DNA of 64,000 nucleotides. It comes from Macrostomum lignano. Taxonomy: Eukaryota. Positions 59,301 to 64,000 of this stretch are shown here, piece by piece; within the stretch, counting starts at the first letter, position 1; every line of letters starts with the position of its first letter. The notes under the pieces were generated by a model, which saw only the letters and a program-made list of their open reading frames with translations, was not told the DNA's origin and did not search any database. The stretch lies in assembly GCA_002269645.1 (NCBI GenBank), contig NIVC01002626.1, positions 62,001-126,000 on the forward strand, in the 5' to 3' direction. Both the position numbers and the translations under genes were made by a program.

Positions 59301-62300
59301 GATTAGAAGACAGTTGAGTGAGTAGGAGACAGTTGGAGTGAGTAGAAGACACGGAGGTGAGTAGAAGACACTGGAGTGAGTAGAAGACACTGGAGTGAGT
59401 AGAAGACAGTTGAGTGAGTAGGAGACAGTTGGAGTTATTAGAAGACAGTTGGAGTGAGTAGGAGACAGTTGGAGTGAGTAGAAGACACTGGAGTGAGTAG
59501 AAGACACTGGAGTGAGTAGAAGGCAGTTGGAGTGATTAGAAGACAGTTGGAGTGAGTAGGAGGCAGTTGGAGTGAGTAGAAGACACTGGAGTGGGTAGAA
59601 GGCAGTTGGAGTGATTAGAAGACACTGGAGTGAGTAGAAGACAGTTGGAGTGAGTAGAAGACACTGGAGTGAGTAGAAGACACTGGAGTGAGTAGGAGAC
59701 AGTTGGAGTGAGTAGGAGACACTGGAGTGAGTAGAAGACACTGGAGTGAGTAGGAGACAGTTGGAGTGAGTAGGAGACAGTTGGAGTGAGTAGGAGACAG
59801 TTGGAGTGAGTAGGAGACAGTTGTAGTGAGTAGGAGACAGTTGGAGTGAGTAGGAGACAGTTGTAGTGAGTAGGAGACAGTTGGAGTGAGTAGGAGACAG
59901 TTGGAGTGAGTAGGAGACAGTTGGAGTGAGTAGGAGACAGTTGGAGTGAGTAGAAGACAGTTGAGTGAGTAGGAGACAGTTGGAGTGAGTAGAAGACACT
60001 GGAGTGAGTAGTAGACACTGGAGTGAGTAGGAGACAGTTGGAGTGAGTAGGAGACAGTTGGAGTGAGTAGGAGACAGTTGTAGTGAGTAGGAGACAGTTG
60101 GAGTGAGTAGGAGACAGTTGGAGTGAGTAAGAGACAGTTGGAGTGAGTAGGAGACAGTTGGAGTGAGTAGAAGACACTGGAGTGAGTAGAAGACACTGGA
60201 GTGATTAGAAGACAGTTAAGTGAGTAGAAGACAGTTGGGTGATTAGGAGACAGTTGGAGTGAGTAGGAGACAGTTGGAGTGAGTAGGAGACAGTTGGAGT
60301 GAGTAGGAGACAGTTGGAGTGAGTAGAAGACAGTTAGTGAGTAGGAGACACTGGAGTGAGTAGAAGACAGTTGGAGTGAGTAGAAGACAGTTGGAGTGAG
60401 TAGAAGACAGTTGGAGTGAGTAGAGACAGTTGGAGTGAGTAGAAGACAGTTGGAGTGAGTAGAGACAGTTGGAGTGAGTAGGAGACAGTTGGAGTGAGTA
60501 GAGACAGTTGGAGTGAGTAGAAGACACTGGAGTGAGTAGAAGACAGTGGAGTGAGTAGAAGACAGTTGGGTGATTAGAAGACAGTTGGAGTGAGTAGGAG
60601 ACAGTTGGAGTGAGTAGGAGACAGTTGGAGTGAGTAGGAGACAGTTGGAGTGAGTAGGAAGACAGTTAGTGAGTAGGAGGCACTAAGGTGAGTAGAAGAC
60701 ACTGGAGTGATAGAAGACAGTTGAGTGAGTAGAAGACAGTTGGAGTGAGTAGGAGGCAGTTGGAGTGAGTAGAAGACACTGGAGTGAGTAGAAGACAGTT
60801 GGAGTGAGTAGGAGGCAGTTGGAGTGATGAGAAGACAGTTGGAGTGAGTAGGAGACAGTTGGAGTGAGTAGGAGGCAGTTGGAGTGAGTAGAAGACACTG
60901 GAGTGAGTAGAAGGCAGTTGGAGTGATTAGAAGACAGTTGGAGTGAGTAGGAGGCAGTTGGAGTGATTAGAAGACAGTTGGAGTGAGTAGGAGACAGTTG
61001 GAGTGAGTAGGAGGCAGTTGGAGTGAGTAGAAGACACTGGAGTGAGTAGAAGGCAGTTGGAGTGAGTAGAAGACACTGGAGTGATTAGAAGACAGTTGAG
61101 TGAGTAGAAGACAGTTGAGTGAGTAGGAGACAGTTGGAGTGAGTAGAAGACAGTTGAGTGAGTAGGAGACAGTTGGAGTGAGTAGAAGGCAGTTGGAGTG
61201 AGTAGAAGACACTGAGGTGAGTAGAAGACACTGGAGTGATTAGAAGACAGTTGAGTGAGTAGGAGACAGTTGGAGTGAGTAGAAGGCAGTTGGAGTGAGT
61301 AGAAGACACGGAGGTGAGTAGAAGACACTGGAGTGAGTAGAAGACACTGGAGTGAGTAGAAGACAGTTGAGTGAGTAGGAGACAGTTGGAGTTATTAGAA
61401 GACAGTTGGAGTGAGTAGGAGACAGTTGGAGTGAGTAGAAGACACTGGAGTGAGTAGAAGACACTGGAGTGAGTAGAAGGCAGTTGGAGTGATTAGAAGA
61501 CAGTTGGAGTGAGTAGGAGGCAGTTGGAGTGAGTAGAAGACACTGGAGTGGGTAGAAGGCAGTTGGAGTGATTAGAAGACACTGGAGTGAGTAGAAGACA
61601 GTTGGAGTGAGTAGAAGACACTGGAGTGAGTAGAAGACACTGGAGTGAGTAGGAGACAGTTGGAGTGAGTAGGAGACAGTTGGAGTGAGTAGGAGACAGT
61701 TGGAGTGAGTAGGAGACAGTTGGAGTGAGTAGGAGACAGTTGGAGTGAGTAGGAGACAGTTGGAGTGAGTAGGAGACAGTTGGAGTGAGTAGGAGACAGT
61801 TGGAGTGAGTAGAAGACAGTTGGAGTGAGTAGGAGACAGTTGGAGTGAGTAGAAGACAGTTGGAGTGAGTGGGAGACAGTTGGAGTGAGTGGGAGACAGT
61901 TGGAGTGAGTAGGAGACAGTTGGAGTGAGTAGAAGACAGTTGGAGTGAGTAGAAGACACTGGAGTGAGTAGAAGACACTGGAGTGAGTAGGAGACAGTTG
62001 GAGTGAGTAGGAGACAGTTGGAGTGAGTAGGAGACAGTTGGAGTGAGTAGGAGACAGTTGGAGTGAGTAGAAGACAGTTGGAGTGAGTAGAAGACACTGG
62101 AGTGAGTAGAAGACACTGGAAAGAGTAGGAGACAGTTGGAGTGAGTAGGAGACAGTTGGAGTGAGTAGGAGACAGTTGGAGTGAGTAGGAGACAGTTGGA
62201 GTGATTAGGAGACAGTTGGAGTGAGTAGGAGACAGTTGGAGTGAGTAGGAGACAGTTGGAGTGAGTAGGAGACAGTTGGAGTGAGTAGGAGACAGTTGAA

Positions 62301-64000
62301 GTGAGTAGGAGACAGTTGGAGTGAGTGAGTAGGAGACAGTTGGAGTGAGTAGAAGACAGTTGGAGTGAGTAGGAGACAGTTGGAGTGAGTAGAAGACACT
62401 GGAGTGAGTAGAAGACACTGGAGTGATTAGAAGACAGTTGAGAGAGTAGGAGACAGTTGTAGTGAGTAGGAGACAGTTGGAGTGAGTAGGAGACAGTTGG
62501 AGTGAGTAGGAGACAGTTGGAGTGAGTAGAAGACAGTTGAGTGAGTAGGAGACAGTTGGAGTGAGTAGAAGACAGTTGGAGTGAGTAGAAGACAGTTGGA
62601 GTGAGTAGGAGACAGTTGGAGTGAGTAGAAGACAGTTGGAGTGAGTAGGAGGCAGTTGGAGTGAGTAGAAGACACTGGAGTGAGTAGAAGACACTGGAGT
62701 GATTAGAAGACAGTTGAGTGAGTAGAAGACAGTTGGGGTGATTAGGAGACAGTTGGAGTGAGTAGGAGACAGTTGGAGTGAGTAGGAGACAGTTGGAGTG
62801 AGTAGGAGACAGTTGGATTGAGTAGGAGACAGTTGGAGTGAGTAGAAGACACTGGAGTGAGTAGAAGACACTGGAGTGAGTAGGAGACAGTTGGAGTGAG
62901 TAGGAGACAGTTGGAGTGAGTAGGAGACAGTTGGAGTGAGTAGGAGACAGTTGTAGTGAGTAGGAGACAGTTGGAGTGAGTAGGAGACAGTTGTAGTGAG
63001 TAGGAGACAGTTGGAGTGAGTAGGAGACAGTTGGAGTGAGTAGGAGACAGTTGGAGTGAGTAGGAGACAGTTGGAGTGAGTAGAAGACAGTTGAGTGAGT
63101 AGGAGACAGTTGGAGTGAGTAGAAGACACTGGAGTGAGTAGTAGACACTGGAGTGAGTAGGAGACAGTTGGAGTGAGTAGGAGACAGTTGGAGTGAGTAG
63201 GAGACAGTTGTAGTGAGTAGGAGACAGTTGGAGTGAGTAGAAGACAGTTGGAGTGAGTAAGAGACAGTTGGAGTGAGTAGGAGACAGTTGGAGTGAGTAG
63301 AAGACACTGGAGTGAGTAGAAGACACTGGAGTGATTAGAAGACAGTTGAGTGAGTAGAAGACAGTTGGGGTGATTAGGAGACAGTTGGAGTGAGTAGGAG
63401 ACAGTTGGAGTGAGTAGGAGACAGTTGGAGTGAGTAGGAGACAGTTGGAGTGAGTAGAAGACAGTTAAGTGAGTAGGAGGCACTAAGGTGAGTAGAAGAC
63501 ACTGGAGTGATTAGAAGACAGTTGAGTGAGTAGAAGACAGTTGGAGTGAGTAGGAGGCAGTTGGAGTGAGTAGAAGACACTGGAGTGAGTAGAAGACAGT
63601 TGTAGTGAGTAGGAGGCAGTTGGAGTGATGAGAAGACAGTTGGAGTGAGTAGGAGACAGTTGGAGTGAGTAGGAGACAGTTGGAGTGAGTAGGAGACAGT
63701 TGGAGTGAGTAGAAGACAGTTGGAGTGAGTAGAAGACAGTTGGAGTGAGTGGGAGACAGTTGGAGTGAGTAGGAGACAGTTGGAGTGAGTAGGAGACAGT
63801 TGGAGTGAGTAGGAGACAGTTGGAGTGAGTAGGAGACAGTTGGAGTGAGTAGAAGACACTGGAGTGAGTAGAAGACACTGGAGTGAGTAGGAGACAGTTG
63901 GAGTGAGTAGGAGACAGTTGGAGTGAGTAGGAGACAGTTGGAGTGAGTAGGAGACAGTTGTAGTGAGTAGGAGACAGTTGGAGTGAGTAGGAGACAGTTG
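44392..64000. repeat. 20-bp satellite (GGAGTGAGTAGGAGACAGTT), >19.6 kb (~980 monomers), with higher-order repeats; continues past the window end
   Basis: Dominant 20-mer plus recurring variants (agaagacact, gtgattag, ggggtgatt, taagtgagtaggaggcactaagg). Strong purine/pyrimidine strand asymmetry. Confidence 0.99.

Noticed and set aside
44224-63878. Very long minus-strand ORFs (up to 1650 aa, SPTHSNCLLLTPTVSYSLQL repeats)
   Set aside because: The pyrimidine-rich strand of the 20-bp unit has no stop codons, so all three frames are open and give the same permuted peptide; an artefact.

Overview
Eukaryotic (animal) genomic DNA; no prokaryotic features. GC-rich exons, GT-AG introns packed with minisatellites and a large satellite resemble the flatworm Macrostomum (inference only). 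Layout: (1) last three exons of a FARP-type FERM/RhoGEF/PH gene (+, 1864-4675); (2) an intronless secreted PAN/apple + C-type lectin gene (+, 7051-7809); (3) a ~20 kb intergenic DNA-transposon pile-up (10.5-30.2 kb). It holds a 44-bp P-type excision footprint, a deleted Tc1/mariner, a Mutator-like MITE, an apparently intact 5-exon hAT-related (7-bp TSD, hATw-like) transposon, a decayed BED-hAT transposase, and a decayed THAP/P element carrying two nested MITEs; (4) a complete 6-exon YME1L/i-AAA protease gene (+, 31284-38103) with a different minisatellite in every intron; (5) further minisatellites and a tRNA-headed CORE-type SINE; (6) a >19.6 kb 20-bp satellite with 1.6 kb and 3.8-3.9 kb higher-order structure running off the window end. 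All coordinates were read by hand; protein family calls rest on recalled motifs, not database searches.
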